Assembly: GCA_963666835.2 (NCBI GenBank)
Contig: CAXXGO010000001.1
Location: 992,001-1,056,000, forward strand
Source of the DNA: Phycisphaerae bacterium
GTDB taxonomy: Bacteria > Planctomycetota > Phycisphaerae > UBA1845
Reading direction: 5' to 3'
DNA length: 64,000 nucleotides
In this document: in pieces, positions 28,619 through 37,301 of the stretch
Layout: each line of letters opens with the position of its first letter
Position numbering within the stretch: the stretch's first letter is position 1
Notes under the pieces: generated by a model
Seen by the model: only the letters and a program-made list of their open reading frames with translations
Told to the model about the DNA's origin: nothing
The model's database searches: none
Made by a program: the position numbers and the translations under genes

Positions 28619-31122
28619 TGGCACGATCTTCCGACAGAACCCGTAAGGATTCGAGTGGACGTGCCCCCGGGCAGCGGCCTGCATCATCCGATCCCGCTGA
28701 TCCTCTGGCCCCGCTGCGGGTATTGGAACGACTCGAGGTCGGTCCCGTGCGGGTGCAGGCCAACCGGCTCACCGCCCCGTACGTCGTTGTGCGCAACGGA
28801 ACCGAGGAACGCACCGAGTTGGCTTATCGCTGGCAGGAGAATGTGTTCGCGCCCAACGATGCGGCATCGAAGAACCTGGCGGCGATGGTGGCCGCGCAGG
28901 TCGCGTTGAACTACGGGCTCTTCTGCGACGAGATTGTATTTCACGGCGCGTATGACTCTGCGGACCGGCGGTTTCTGAAAGACATGGCAGAGAACACGGC
29001 CCGCGAGATCTACGTAAAGAAGTTTCTTGAACCGAATCCGTTCCTGGTGGGACCGGCAACCGAGCTTCCAACGGTGAAGCGCGAGCGATATTTGCACGCC
29101 AAGCTGGTCTTCCCGGACATCGAGGAAGATCCGAACACGGGCAATCCGGGCAGTCCGGGGTTGCTCTTCGCCCCCGGGGACCGCGCGCGGCACCTCATCC
29201 TGTCAAGCGGCGGTAAGGACAGCCTGCTCACTTTCGGCCTGCTGCGCGAGCTGGGCTTTGAGACGCATCCCGTCTTCATCAACGAGTCCGGCCGACATTG
29301 GTTTACCGCGCTGAATGCGTACCGACACTTCGATCCCCAGGTACCGAACACGGCACGCGTGTGGACAAACGCTGACCGAGTTTTCTCGTGGATGTTGCGG
29401 CATTTCCCGTTCATTCGGTCTGACTTCCAGAGTCTCCGCTCCGACGAGTACCCGATACGACTCTGGACGGTAGCCGTCTTCTTGTTTGGGGCGCTCCCTC
29501 TGGCACTTAAGCGCGGAGTCGGCCGAGTCATCATCGGGGATGAGTACGACGCCACCGAGCGGACCAGCTTCAAGGGGATAACGTACTACAATGGCGTGTA
29601 CGACCAGAGCCGGTACTTCGACAACGCGCTTTCGCGATACTACGCGCGCAAGCGTTGGGCCGTCTCCCAGTTCTCACTCCTGCGGCCGCTGTCGGAGCTG
29701 TTGATCGAGAAGATGCTTGTGGAACGCTATCCGGACCTGCTGCAGTTGCAGGTATCGTGCCACGCCGCCCACAAGGAGGAGGGCCGCGTTCGTCCATGCG
29801 GCAAGTGTGAGAAATGCCGTCGGATTGTCGGGATGATTATGGCTCTGGGAGGCGACCCGGCCGCATGCGGCTACCCCAAGGACCGTGTCACCGAATGCCT
29901 CACCGCCCTCGCCGCCAAAGGGGTACATCAGGAGAAGGACGGGGTAGAACACCTGATGTACATGTTGCGCGAGCGCGGTCTGCTTAGCGTCTCCAATCGT
30001 ATGACGCAATCGCCGAGGCCGCATCCGGAGATCATGCAATTGCGCTTCGATGCTGAACGCTCACCGGAGAATTGGATCCCCGGTGATCTGCGGGCCCATC
30101 TGCTGCCGATTTTCCTTGAGCACGCTCAGGGTAGCGTGCGGCGCAGCGGGAAGGTGTGGGTCGAGTTCGACGCCCGGACCGACCCGGCGATGGCCGCTGC
30201 ATACCCATTCGAGAAGACCTCGGCGGGCACGGCATCGGATGCTGAAACCCTGCAGCGCCCCGGCCGATCGAGAGCGCTGTCCCAAGCGGCCGGCGAATCG
30301 GTGAAGGGCCCATCCGCGGGACCGCTTGACGGGAAGCGGCGTTCCTTCATCTGGGGCGAGCTGACTTGGCCCGAGGCTCAGGCGCGCTTGAAGGAAGTGG
30401 ACGTGGCCATGCTCCCTGTGGGGGCTATTGAGCAACATGGTCCGCACCTTCCACTGGACACGGATGCGTTCGATGCGCTATACCTGGCTAAGCAGGTAGC
30501 CGCTGCCTGCCGGGATCCAAAGCCGTTTGTGCTACCCCTCATTCCGTACGGCGTGTCTTATCACCACGATGATTTTGCCGGTACGCTCAGCGTAAGCAAC
30601 GACGCCATTGCCACGATTGCGTACGATATAGGCATCAGCGCCGCCCGTAACGGTATTACCAAGCTCATCATCATTAACGGGCACGGAGGCAACGCTGCCA
30701 GTCTCCACTTCGCCGCTCAGATGATAAACCGCGACGCACGCATCTTCACGTGTGTGGACACCGGTGAGACCAGTGACGCGGACATCGAGGGAATGGCCAA
30801 TACTCGCAGTGATATTCATGCCGGTGAGATTGAAACCAGCACAACACTGGCTACCCGCCCGGAACTGGTGCAGATGGACAAGGCCCGTAAGTACGTGCCG
30901 CGTTTCTCGAGCAGCTATCTGGATTTCAGTTCCAAGCGAAGCATTGACTGGTATGCCCGGACCGCCAAGATCTCGCGCAGTGGCGTGATGGGTGATCCGT
31001 CCAGGGCCAGCAAGGAAAAGGGCGAGCGGATGTGGGCGGTCATGATCAAGAACCTCGTCGAGTTCGTCGAGCACCTCAAGAGCATGAGTCTCGACGAGAT
31101 CCACCAGCGCAACCGCTACTAG
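28615..31122 (+). CDS. Fusion: PP-loop ATPase/Zn-binding (QueC/MurL-like) domain + creatininase-family amidohydrolase
   Basis: LILSSGGKDSLL PP-loop; SCH-x11-CGKCEKC; low-complexity linker; C-terminal LTWPE...GAIEQHGPHLPLDTD, NGHGGN, HAGEIETS, GVMGDP. Confidence 0.85.
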   Translation: MMARSSDRTRKDSSGRAPGQRPASSDPADPLAPLRVLERLEVGPVRVQANRLTAPYVVVRNGTEERTELAYRWQENVFAPNDAASKNLAAMVAAQVALNYGLFCDEIVFHGAYDSADRRFLKDMAENTAREIYVKKFLEPNPFLVGPATELPTVKRERYLHAKLVFPDIEEDPNTGNPGSPGLLFAPGDRARHLILSSGGKDSLLTFGLLRELGFETHPVFINESGRHWFTALNAYRHFDPQVPNTARVWTNADRVFSWMLRHFPFIRSDFQSLRSDEYPIRLWTVAVFLFGALPLALKRGVGRVIIGDEYDATERTSFKGITYYNGVYDQSRYFDNALSRYYARKRWAVSQFSLLRPLSELLIEKMLVERYPDLLQLQVSCHAAHKEEGRVRPCGKCEKCRRIVGMIMALGGDPAACGYPKDRVTECLTALAAKGVHQEKDGVEHLMYMLRERGLLSVSNRMTQSPRPHPEIMQLRFDAERSPENWIPGDLRAHLLPIFLEHAQGSVRRSGKVWVEFDARTDPAMAAAYPFEKTSAGTASDAETLQRPGRSRALSQAAGESVKGPSAGPLDGKRRSFIWGELTWPEAQARLKEVDVAMLPVGAIEQHGPHLPLDTDAFDALYLAKQVAAACRDPKPFVLPLIPYGVSYHHDDFAGTLSVSNDAIATIAYDIGISAARNGITKLIIINGHGGNAASLHFAAQMINRDARIFTCVDTGETSDADIEGMANTRSDIHAGEIETSTTLATRPELVQMDKARKYVPRFSSSYLDFSSKRSIDWYARTAKISRSGVMGDPSRASKEKGERMWAVMIKNLVEFVEHLKSMSLDEIHQRNRY

Positions 31123-31132
31123 GGTTATCACC

Positions 31133-32200
31133 ATGCGCATAACCAGACTCGAAGTTTGGCCCGTAAGGATGAAACTGAAGGAACCCTATACGATTGCATA
31201 CGAGACGATCGATCACACCACGAACATCTTCCTGCGAATCGAGACCAGCAAGGGCGTAACTGGGTACGGCTGTGCGGCCCCGGACGAGGGCGTAACGGGA
31301 GAGACCGCAGAGGGGTGTTTGAAGAACCTACAGGAGATCGCGGCCGAGGTGCTTTCGGGAAAAGACCCCACCCGATACGCGTTGTTGCTGGAGCGTCTCA
31401 GCGAAGCCCTCCCGAATGCGCCCTCGGCGAGAGCAGCCGTCGACATGGCCCTGTTCGACATCCTCGGCAAACTGGCCCAGCTTCCCGTCTGGAAGTTGCT
31501 CGGGGGCTACCGCGACCGCATCAAGACCAGCGCTACCATCGGTGTCATGTCGGTGGAGGATACACTGCAGCGAGCCCGAGCACTTGTTGGCGACGGCTTC
31601 CAGTCGCTCAAACTAAAGGGTGGAGTCAATGTTGAGGAAGACATCGCCTGCGTGTTGGCTGTTCGCGATGCCGTCGGCTCAAAGATCGAGCTTCGATTTG
31701 ATGCCAATCAGGGGTGGACGGTCGACGGCTCGCGCCGGTTCGTGGAAGGTACACGACGCGCCAAGCTCGAGCTGATCGAACAGCCCACTCGTCGCGACCA
31801 ACCAGACCTCCTGGGGCGAGTCACTCAGTCTGTGCCCGTGCCCGTAATGGCGGATGAAAGTCTGATGTCGCTTCGTGACGCCTTTCGTCTGGCTCGCAAG
31901 GACTTGGCCGACATGGTGAACATAAAGCTGATGAAGGTCGGAGGGATCTTCGAGGCAATTCAGATTAACGGCGTCGCGCGCGCGGCGCGGCTGGAAGTGA
32001 TGGTGGGATGCATGGATGAGGCCGCCCTGGCGATCGCCGCCGGCCTGCATTTTGCGCTGTCTCGGCGAAACGTGGCTTACGCCGATCTGGACGGACATCT
32101 TGACCTAATAGACGACCCATCTGTAGGAGCAGTAAACCTGCGTCATGGCGTTCTCTATCCGAACAAGGCCCCGGGACTGGGCTTTGACTTGCATCCGTAG
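31133..32200 (+). CDS. Dipeptide epimerase (L-Ala-D/L-Glu epimerase / DgcA-like, enolase superfamily)
   Basis: KLK general base, DANQG, EQP, ADES, IKLMK, GCM, DLD. Confidence 0.9.
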   Translation: MRITRLEVWPVRMKLKEPYTIAYETIDHTTNIFLRIETSKGVTGYGCAAPDEGVTGETAEGCLKNLQEIAAEVLSGKDPTRYALLLERLSEALPNAPSARAAVDMALFDILGKLAQLPVWKLLGGYRDRIKTSATIGVMSVEDTLQRARALVGDGFQSLKLKGGVNVEEDIACVLAVRDAVGSKIELRFDANQGWTVDGSRRFVEGTRRAKLELIEQPTRRDQPDLLGRVTQSVPVPVMADESLMSLRDAFRLARKDLADMVNIKLMKVGGIFEAIQINGVARAARLEVMVGCMDEAALAIAAGLHFALSRRNVAYADLDGHLDLIDDPSVGAVNLRHGVLYPNKAPGLGFDLHP

Positions 32201-32323
32201 GACGTGCGGCGCCGTGATCACAGGCCACGATCGCGTCTTGCAGTACTCCGCGTGCTTGCCACTACCCGTCCAACAGACGATGCGTAGCTACCATAGGGAC
32301 TGCCTCGGTTTTCTGGGGTCACG

Positions 32324-33379
32324 GTGTCTGTCATGACGAGCCAAAGACGAAAACGTTCCGATCGCCTGCTGAGTGTTCTTAATGAGCATGACGAGACGAT
32401 GGTCATTATGCACAACAACCCGGATCCGGACGCCATCGCCACGGGCTGGGCCATCGTCTTGCTCGTGGAGCGTCGATTGCACAAACCCGTGCGGTTGCTG
32501 GGCCGCGGGCCGGTCCTGCGCGCCGAGAACGTTCAGCTCATCAAGTTGCTGCAACCGCCGATCGAGTTCGTCGACGAGATTAATCCGAACACGCGGACGG
32601 CCACGGTGTTGGTTGACTGTTCACCCGCCTCGGTGAATCACCTGCTGGGCGGCGACAAGGCGCCGGTTGCGGTTATCGATCATCACGAGTCAAAGGGCGA
32701 TGGCTTTCGGATTCCCTTCCGCGACCAGCGGCCGAAGGTCGCGGCTTCGGCGAGCATTGCCGCGCAGTACATGCGGGAACAGCGCCTCGAACCGACTTCC
32801 GCTGTCGCCACTGCCCTCCTTTATGCCATTCGTACCGAGATGATCGGAGCACGGAAAGCACTATCCCGCGTGGATCATGCGGCCCTGCGGTGGCTCTCCG
32901 GTTGCACAGCGTACGACGCCCTGTTCGAGATCGAAAACCCGCCGCTCCCGCGTTACTACTATGAGGAACTGCTGCTCGGCCTGGATAGCGTGCTTGTGTA
33001 TGCGGAGTCGGCGGTGTGTTTCCTGCCTCGAATCACCGCACCGGAGATTGTCGCGGAAATGGCGGACCTCCTCATCCGGTGTGATGGCCTCAGGTTCGTT
33101 CTTTGTGGGGCCAGGAATGGCGATGACTTCCTTATGTCTGCCAGATCCAAGGGCGAGGGAGACACCGCGCTGGCTTTGCTGAGCCATGTGCTGCAAGGGC
33201 TAGGCCATTTTGGGGGACACTTACATCGTGCCGGGGGGAAGATCTCCGTGCCGGGGTCCGGGATGGATTCTGACGCGCTGGAACAGGAGATTCGCACGCG
33301 ATGGCTGCATGCATGCGGCAGCACGACGCACCGAGGACAGCGGCTTGTGGGGCGCAAGGAGCTCATGAGGCGAGTCTAA
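32324..33379 (+). CDS. DHH family phosphoesterase (NrnA-like)
   Basis: HNNPDPDA, LVD, IDHH, GGHLHRAGG. Confidence 0.88.
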   Translation: MSVMTSQRRKRSDRLLSVLNEHDETMVIMHNNPDPDAIATGWAIVLLVERRLHKPVRLLGRGPVLRAENVQLIKLLQPPIEFVDEINPNTRTATVLVDCSPASVNHLLGGDKAPVAVIDHHESKGDGFRIPFRDQRPKVAASASIAAQYMREQRLEPTSAVATALLYAIRTEMIGARKALSRVDHAALRWLSGCTAYDALFEIENPPLPRYYYEELLLGLDSVLVYAESAVCFLPRITAPEIVAEMADLLIRCDGLRFVLCGARNGDDFLMSARSKGEGDTALALLSHVLQGLGHFGGHLHRAGGKISVPGSGMDSDALEQEIRTRWLHACGSTTHRGQRLVGRKELMRRV

Positions 33380-33510
33380 TCCAAACAGCAAGAACAAACC
33401 GTCAATCTCATTGTTGAGCAAAGTCGTTCGCGCCTCCCGGAACAGCAGAAGCACCGAGCACGAATGGCGGTGTCTTCAGCATTCTCGGAGTCCGCGGTTT
33501 CGAGCCATGC

Positions 33511-33864
33511 TCAATCTGCGGAATGCTGCCTTGCGACCACGAAGATGTAGCGCATCGGCGTGGTGCCCGTATTCCGCACATTGTGCCGCGTGTTCGGTGG
33601 GTTGTATGCCACGTGACCCGCAGCCAGCTGCGAAGTGCCAAGGCCTTCGGCGTCGATTTCACCATCCCCGTCCAAGCAGACGATCAACTCCTCGTGTGAT
33701 CCGGTCGTATGCTCGCCGCACTCATCACCGGGCGCCAGCGTTACCAGACCGGCGTGCATGGCCGGTGAGTTAGCGGGTGGAGCCAGAAGCGGCGCGTACG
33801 AACCGCCCTCGGGCAGCGGCAACACGAATGGCATCGCAGTATTTTCGCCGGTGCCGTCATTCAT
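33511..33864 (-). CDS. Cupin domain protein
   Basis: EHTTGSHEELIVCLDG and YNPPNTRHNVRN metal-binding cupin motifs. Confidence 0.88.
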   Translation of the reverse strand: MNDGTGENTAMPFVLPLPEGGSYAPLLAPPANSPAMHAGLVTLAPGDECGEHTTGSHEELIVCLDGDGEIDAEGLGTSQLAAGHVAYNPPNTRHNVRNTGTTPMRYIFVVARQHSAD

Positions 33865-34421
33865 ACGCTACGTCCCCCTGTCTTCGAACCGCGTTCGCGT
33901 GACACCCACCACCGTACGACAGGCGGAAGCAATGCGATCTGAGCGATGGCACAGGGCACACCCGGCCCGTAACTGGCAACGACGTGCGCCATAGAGCCCG
34001 CCATCACGCCACTGATTACAATGGCGACAATACGCCCGCAGACCAACGCCGCCGCCGTCGCGAGCCACACCGACCAGCCTGCCTTGCCGCGCAGCCAGCC
34101 GGCGGCGAGCCCGTAGATCCCGAGTTCAGCCATCATGATGAAGACGTAGGGCGCCGGTGGCATTCCGCTTGTCGCGAGGCTGATCGGTGGCGCGAGCAGA
34201 CCGACTACCAAACCCGCCGACGGGCCATAGGCGAGCCCCGCGAGAATGACCGGCCAGTGCATCGGGAGTAGCCAGTGGACGGGTGCACCAACGGCGTGGA
34301 AAACCGCCGGCAGGATAATGGTGGCCGCAATCAACGCTACCTGCAGCGAAACACCGCGAACGTTCAGCCACGACAGGGTCAACGCCGGCCGAGCCGGCTG
34401 CAGAATCGCTCCGCTTGTCAT
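33861..34421 (-). CDS. ECF transporter S component
   Basis: LPAVFH, LLPMHWPVILAGL, GMPP, ELGIYG, GR; about 6 hydrophobic segments; ATG 34421 has a GGAG RBS. Confidence 0.8.
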   Translation of the reverse strand: MTSGAILQPARPALTLSWLNVRGVSLQVALIAATIILPAVFHAVGAPVHWLLPMHWPVILAGLAYGPSAGLVVGLLAPPISLATSGMPPAPYVFIMMAELGIYGLAAGWLRGKAGWSVWLATAAALVCGRIVAIVISGVMAGSMAHVVASYGPGVPCAIAQIALLPPVVRWWVSRERGSKTGGRSV

Positions 34422-34645
34422 TTTACGCACTCCAGCTTTCTGATCCTACGCGCGCCGCGGCACGAGATCGCACCGCGCTTTGTTCTCGTCGTCTTCACTC
34501 GATCGACTCCGTTCATGCCGAATCGCTCCGGCCTCGCATCTTCGATACGCGATAGCGCCACCCGCCGCCGGCGCTGCGTTCGATGACACAGGCCCGCCCG
34601 GCGCGTACAATCCGGCAATCCGGAGTACCAGCCGCCGGTCGGCTG

Positions 34646-34672
34646 GTATCACGAATGTAAATATCGTAACAC
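34646..34672. promoter_or_regulatory. Candidate NikR operator GTATCAC-N13-GTAACAC
   Basis: Imperfect 7-bp palindrome with AT-rich 13-bp spacer between the divergent nikR and S-component genes; matches the long-spacer architecture of NikR operators. Confidence 0.7.
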
Positions 34673-34790
34673 CGCGAGCCCGGACCGGCAAGCCGGTGCC
34701 GTGCTGGTGCGGATTACCGGCGTTCGTTAGGCTGTGCGTGGTGAGGCGTCGGCCGAAACGGTGGACCGCCACGGAAAAGAGGGACGGACG

Positions 34791-35210
34791 ATGTCAGATC
34801 TGGTGCGTTTTAGCGTTTCGTTGGATGCGGGCCTGGCCAAGGAGCTGGAGCGCCTTGTTCGCGGCAGCCGCTACACGAATCGCTCCGAATTCGTGCGTGA
34901 CCTTATTCGGCAGCGGATCGTCCGGCAGGAGTGGGTCGATGCCCGCCGGCCGGTGGTCGCCACTATCACGCTCGTGTACGACCATCACCAGCGCGAACTG
35001 CTCGATCGCCTGGTCGAGATTCAGCATCACCACGCGGCCGAAGTTATGGCCACGACGCACGTGCATTTGTCGCACAAGATGTGTTCCGAGATGATTATGG
35101 TGCGGGGCAAGCCCGCTCGCGTTCAGCAACTTGCGGACGAACTGGGTAAACAGCGCGGTGTCTTACATGCGTCGCTGAGCATGGCGACGACGGGAGCGAA
35201 ATTGCGCTGA
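34791..35210 (+). CDS. nikR: Nickel-responsive regulator NikR
   Basis: RHH N-terminus RFSVSL...Y.NRSEFVRDLIR; YDHH; Ni ligands in QHHH, HVHL and C. Confidence 0.95.
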   Translation: MSDLVRFSVSLDAGLAKELERLVRGSRYTNRSEFVRDLIRQRIVRQEWVDARRPVVATITLVYDHHQRELLDRLVEIQHHHAAEVMATTHVHLSHKMCSEMIMVRGKPARVQQLADELGKQRGVLHASLSMATTGAKLR

Positions 35211-35225
35211 GTTGGGAGAAGTCAG

Positions 35226-36002
35226 ATGTCCGGCGGTAGACAGAACATGTATGGTGGCAGTGGTCGCATAAGCAGATTGTCCGGCCTGATTGTGGTTATC
35301 GTGGCTGCCAATTGCCTGACAGGTTGCCGGGCATCGGGGGCGAAACACCATACCCGTTGGCATGAGAGTCACTCAGATGTCACCAATGTGCCGGCTATTG
35401 TGTTCCATTGCGACCACGGCATGCTGGCCGGGAGCTACCCGGACGGCGTGGAGACGGTCGCGGTCGAGTTCGACGATGTCTGCGCCCAGTTGGGGCATGT
35501 GTGCCTGTGTGGCGCCGGAGGATTTCGCATCGCCCGCGAAGTCACGGAGACCCTGCGTTCCGACGGCCCGCTGCTCGAACGCGAGAGTTTCATCCTGATC
35601 AGCGGCCGCGATCACACGGTGAGCGACGTAATTGCGTTCGTTCTCGGCAGCACCCGCCGCGCGAATCCGGAGTACAACCAGTACTTCATTGACGATTCGA
35701 TAGTGGCGCCCCGGCGCGAGTATCATTACTACATCGGTTATCTGCCGGCCCGTACGGCGGTCCACGTTGTGTACCGTAAGCACCGGCTCATCGGCCACGA
35801 CGAAATGGACGAGCTGTGGAAGATCGAATTGGCGTTTGACCAAGACCCGGATTCGGTTCGCGCCGAGGACGTCGATCGCTACCGCAGGGCGATGCGCGGC
35901 ATGGTCAGGGATGTTCTCTTCGATCAGGTTCCCGGGTTGATCCTGGTTGAGCCCGTCAGTTACGATGACTTCCAGCGACGCCTGGATCGGCTGAAGCCAT
36001 AG
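35226..36002 (+). CDS. FmdE-like putative metal-binding lipoprotein
   Basis: Lipobox-like CLTGC, His-rich KHHTRWHESHS, LGHVCLCGAGGFR resembling the FmdE HGHxCxG motif. Confidence 0.65.
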   Translation: MSGGRQNMYGGSGRISRLSGLIVVIVAANCLTGCRASGAKHHTRWHESHSDVTNVPAIVFHCDHGMLAGSYPDGVETVAVEFDDVCAQLGHVCLCGAGGFRIAREVTETLRSDGPLLERESFILISGRDHTVSDVIAFVLGSTRRANPEYNQYFIDDSIVAPRREYHYYIGYLPARTAVHVVYRKHRLIGHDEMDELWKIELAFDQDPDSVRAEDVDRYRRAMRGMVRDVLFDQVPGLILVEPVSYDDFQRRLDRLKP

Positions 36003-36100
36003 ACCGCCCCGTGCAAATGGTGCCGGGTAATGCCGCCACCGGGTGTCCGCGTGCAGGAGTAACTTCCGTGACACGACGCCGTGCTAGCACCAACTGGTAT

Positions 36101-37078
36101 ATGCTGGCGCACGAGGTCGAAACCGCCCTGCGGACCTGCGGCGGTGGATTCCCCAAGTCTGTGCGGATTGATGGGAAGCTCAATCGGCTCGAGGCCGGCC
36201 TGAGCCATCAAAACTACTGGTTTCGAATCAAAGCCGACAGGCCTTTGCCTGATGCTGAGGACACCGTCTACGTCTTACGCAAGCTTGCAGCGCGGCCCCT
36301 CGTCGTATCCAACGAGAAAGCGATTGCCCGTCTTGAAAGGGAAGCGCTGACTTTGCAGGCGTTGGCCTCGCACACATTCGATTTTTCGGTGCCCAGATTC
36401 GTTTGTTTTGTGCGTGATGCTCAGGAGTCGGTCACGGGATTGATCGAAACGGGGCTTCCGGGGCCCTCGCTCGAGTACCTCAGGAAGAACCGGGACAAGC
36501 ACGCGTTCCTTGTTGAAACCGTGGCCCGGATCGCAAGCGCTGTTCATCGCGTGCCGCCGAACACCCTCGACTTCCTTCCGCGCCGGCATGACAGCCGCGC
36601 TCACGTGCAGGCCAGGCTCGACGGCTTTTCTGCCGAGTTCATTACGCGAGATTCGGACGCCGCCGTGGTTGCCGATTGGGTGTGAGATCACCTGCCCGAG
36701 GATCGGCCGTCCGTGCTGCTTCACGGCGATCTGCTTCCGCAGAACATTCTCTGGGATTGGGAGACGAACGAATTGAGCGTGGTTGACTGGGAATACGCCG
36801 GCGTTGGCGACCCGGCTTACGATCTCGCAATCGTGACGCGCGGCTACGCCAAACCTCTCGGATGCCCGAAGGGGCTTTCGCGACTGGTTAATGCCTACCG
36901 CCAAGCCGGCGGGATGGCGATCGGCGTCGCGGATGTTGTCTGCCATGAGCTGCTCATGGTGCTGGGCTGGCTGGAGGAGTCTGTGCGGGCCGAGCGAGAG
37001 AAACGCCGCGAAGGGCACCCACCTTCCCAACGGAGAAACCAGATTCGAGCGATTCTCCGCCGGGCCAAGTCGTTGTGA
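36101..37078 (+). pseudogene. Aminoglycoside phosphotransferase (APH/choline kinase-like) family gene with in-frame TGA at 36683-36685
   Basis: ORFs 36011-36685 and 36713-37078 share one frame: ...ADWV*DHLPEDRPSVLLHGDLLPQNIL...VVDWEYAGVGDPAYDLA. Confidence 0.8.
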
Positions 37079-37219
37079 GTGCGGTTGGGATTGCCCTGAG
37101 CAGGTTCTGCCCTTGTTTCCAGACTGCATACGCGGGCGTCGCGTTGAACCTGCGATTTCAAGGCTCAATCCATGGGAGTGCGGGTATATCCGCGGCTGCC
37201 TTGCGACAACTCGAAATTT

Positions 37220-37241
37220 GTGCATTTGTGTTGTAATGCAC
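37220..37241. promoter_or_regulatory. Palindrome GTGCATT-N8-AATGCAC upstream of the beta-helix gene
   Basis: Perfect 7-bp inverted arms in an AT-rich patch about 60 bp before the ATG. Confidence 0.35.
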
Positions 37242-37301
37242 TGCGAAATCAATTAATCTGGAGCTTGGGTCAGAACTTTGGTCTCTCGGAGGAGAACGAA
37301 G

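Noticed and set aside
34430..34640. Long GC-rich leader of the ECF S-component as a vitamin riboswitch
   Set aside because: No cobalamin, TPP, FMN or other consensus recognised; the NikR-type palindrome explains regulation better.
36683..36685. Selenocysteine or genetic-code reassignment of TGA
   Set aside because: Non-catalytic position, no convincing SECIS-like hairpin recognised, and many genes in the window end in TGA.
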